Below are positions 50,966 through 53,668 of a stretch of 53,668 nucleotides of DNA, one piece after another; the stretch's first letter is position 1; the number at the start of each line of letters is the position of its first letter. Position numbers and translations under genes: made by a program. Below the pieces are notes generated by a model. The model had not been told where the DNA came from. It made no database searches and saw only the letters and a list, made by a program, of their open reading frames with translations. Origin of the DNA: Octopus sinensis (lineage: Eukaryota); NCBI RefSeq assembly GCF_006345805.1, contig NW_021833895.1, positions 1 to 53,668 of the forward strand, given 5' to 3'.

Positions 50966-52589
50966 AAACAGACAGAAAAACGTGAAACAAATCAACACAA
51001 TAATTCTTCATCTAAACGTCCTGTTTAATTTTGGGGTGTGCACACCGATTCCAAATGTAATAGACATTTTGATCTTATACTAATTTCAGTTAAACAATAG
51101 GGAAAACTGGACTTGAAATATATACCAAATATGGCTAATATAGTATATTCATTATAAATCTTCTGACGAGGCGTCCAAATGTGTCAGCGATTTTTCTTCA
51201 CATATAGAAGCGTATGCACGCGTATAAATAAGTCTGTCTTCTGCGTTGGTGCATTACAAACTTTGACATATGGAGATTTTGCTGCCTCAAACAAACGGAA
51301 CGATGCTAGTGGAGACATCCTGTATTACGATAGCGCATTCTCTGCTGCCTCCTTGGAACAAATCAAGAGATTTACAGCGCTAAATCTCAACTTAGCTGAA
51401 TTCAAATCACAAACACTTCCTTTTCAACATTGCGTTTTATCTGGCACTAACCGTTTAAAGCGAGTATCATTGACACATTAAAACCATTCTTTGAAATGTC
51501 TTTCTCCGATGGAAAATTGTCCTTCGGGACTATCGTAAGAATTAGCATTTAGTTTCTGCCTTTACTTTCTCAGTTTAATTACCATATGGTTTGATTTTAT
51601 TTTCTGTTTAATTACCGCTTACTTTGATTTTCATTTCATCTTTTCGTTTCGATGTATTACGTAACACTAATATGGAATAAAATCATACGATTCTATACCC
51701 CTATGGAAGATATGATGTCATGTTAATATCATAGCAACAAATAACATAGGAATTTAAAGATAGCGAGAATATGTATATGCTGTGATTCAAATTCTCAATT
51801 CTACTTTGATACATATAAGTGATTTGCATTGACATAAAATTCTAAATATTTTAATACTAAAAATGCATGTATTTTCATTTATAGGATCAATATCGGTTTG
51901 AGGATTATATTCATTGGGAGTAATCAATGTCGAATTGAAATTATTTTGCTCATTACTTAGTCCACTACAATACTAATTTATTAAAAAATTATTAAGTGAA
52001 TGTGTTTGGACGAAAGATAGACCTCCGAACTTTGAAAATGCATTATTTAAAAAAAATGTGTTATTTGACGAAAAACTTATCTCCGAAATGTCAGAAATAT
52101 AATTCCTCTTCTTACACTCAAATTTATCTTTATTTATTTATTTTATTACCGCATCAGACGCATCCCAATTTCAGCAATGACTATTTAGGGTTAAAGTGTT
52201 AGTGCATTAAAGTATGTCATATAGGTTCAGCTTCGCATATGGATCCTAGAGTAGATTTTTTGAGACTTTTCAGTAGTGGGGGAAGTGCTTCTTATTTATC
52301 ATCAAATACGGTAACACTTTGCATATGTATACACACATATGGGTGTATATATTTTCTTGCATAGAAGTGCAGTTGGGACCGTAGGTTAAGAAAATCGCTT
52401 CATATGTTTCTGGACTCGGATTCAATACTGTAGCATTTTCACGATATCCTCAAATCTACCTTGGCCTTCTCAATGAAATTGAATAGTCCATACTTGTTAC
52501 ACAGTGGGTCACTAATAATGCCTGGATATTACATGAAGGGGGGATATTCTTGTGGTGTATATTCATCCGTCTGAATATATACCACATAT

Positions 52590-52652
52590 AAACACACCAA
52601 CATCGGTTGCCAAGCGATGATTGAGGGACAAACACAGACAAACAGATGCGTC

Positions 52653-52731
<79 letters not shown>

Positions 52732-52902
52732 TAGATAGAAGGGCTTCATTCAGTTTCCGTCTGCCAAATCCACTGACAATACTTTGCTCGCTCCGAGGCT
52801 ATGGTAGAAGGCACTCGACAAAGGTGCTACGCAGTGGGACTGAAACCGGAACCACGTAGCTGGAAAGCAAGCTTCTTACCACATAGCCACTCCCGCGCCT
52901 AT
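52590..52902 (-). mobile_element. Older family B SINE with (GATA)n in the internal microsatellite slot
   Basis: Head at 52902. (GATA)n at about 52655-52737 sits where other copies have (TA)n(TG)n. Confidence 0.8.
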
Positions 52903-53668
52903 AGACATATATAAATATATATCCATTGCTGATAGGGATACCGTATTTTATTATGGAACCATAGTATATTAAAATATATGTTAGGTCCCACATACTTCAG
53001 CAGTACGATTCAATCACTTTTGAATGCTATCTCTACTTATATTTGATGGCTATTTAAGCAAAGTGTTCGTGCATAGTTAATGTGTTAGATGTGGCGGTGA
53101 GGAACGAGAAAGAACTTCTGGCATATGCATATATACGAAATACTTATTTCTCTATCTTCGATCGCATTCTTAAATAGACAAAGTCTTAAACACAACGCCA
53201 TAACTTTCTTTGTTGGCTCTAGTTTCTATAAGGAAATCTCTAGAGATTACTTTAAGAAGTGTTAAATGCATACATATATACGTAATACGGTAGCAGGAAA
53301 TATCTGGTGTCAATCGTCAAGTGTGCTTTCTGCCATATTATAGACACTGATTATAAGTTCTTCTCTCAATAATGCTGGCCAACTATACTTATTCCTGGTG
53401 TGAGTTTATGCACTGGTTAGCTCCGATTCAGAAGATGTATGTTCAAGCCTTCGAGTTGCGACCGATTGTGTTGTTTTCATAGACATATCTGTTACTACAT
53501 TCGCGCTTGCGACTTTCTTCCTCAATAAGGAGCTGGATGCTATTTTACCAGGTTTGTCTGCTGTTGTTGAAAGAACGTAAAAGTACATGTATGAACCTTT
53601 GTTGGTTCATGTATCTTATTTAATGTAACATTTATAGTAATTAGAAATATGTATCCAATAAGATAACG

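Noticed and set aside
51168-51200. CTGACGA box (also CTGANGA at about 5767, 10820, 18834 and 43993)
   Set aside because: No downstream GAAA-stem III-UH or stem I. These are expected chance 7-mers.

Overview
Eukaryotic, AT-rich, microsatellite-saturated non-coding DNA. The SINE families and the (TA)n/(GATA)n/(TACA)n load suggest an octopus (coleoid cephalopod) genome; this is an inference, not a database result. No intact host gene is supported, and nearly all supplied ORFs are microsatellite artefacts. The window holds four recurrent SINE-like families (A-D), a tRNA-headed inverted element, decayed Tc1/mariner transposases and MITEs, a Helitron-like element, the 3' end of an RLE (R4/Dong-like) LINE, an RTE fragment and probable Penelope-like remnants. 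The standout signal is a set of about 15 hammerhead-ribozyme (HHR)-like motifs from several sequence families. They include a canonical type I HHR repeated once per unit in a ~600-bp tandem array (retrozyme-like), and a tRNA-headed element with an HHR tail inserted as a head-to-head pair between a single 9-bp target-site duplication (TSD). Several near-perfect palindromes derive from the same AT-rich repeats. All folding was done by eye, and ribozyme activity is untested.
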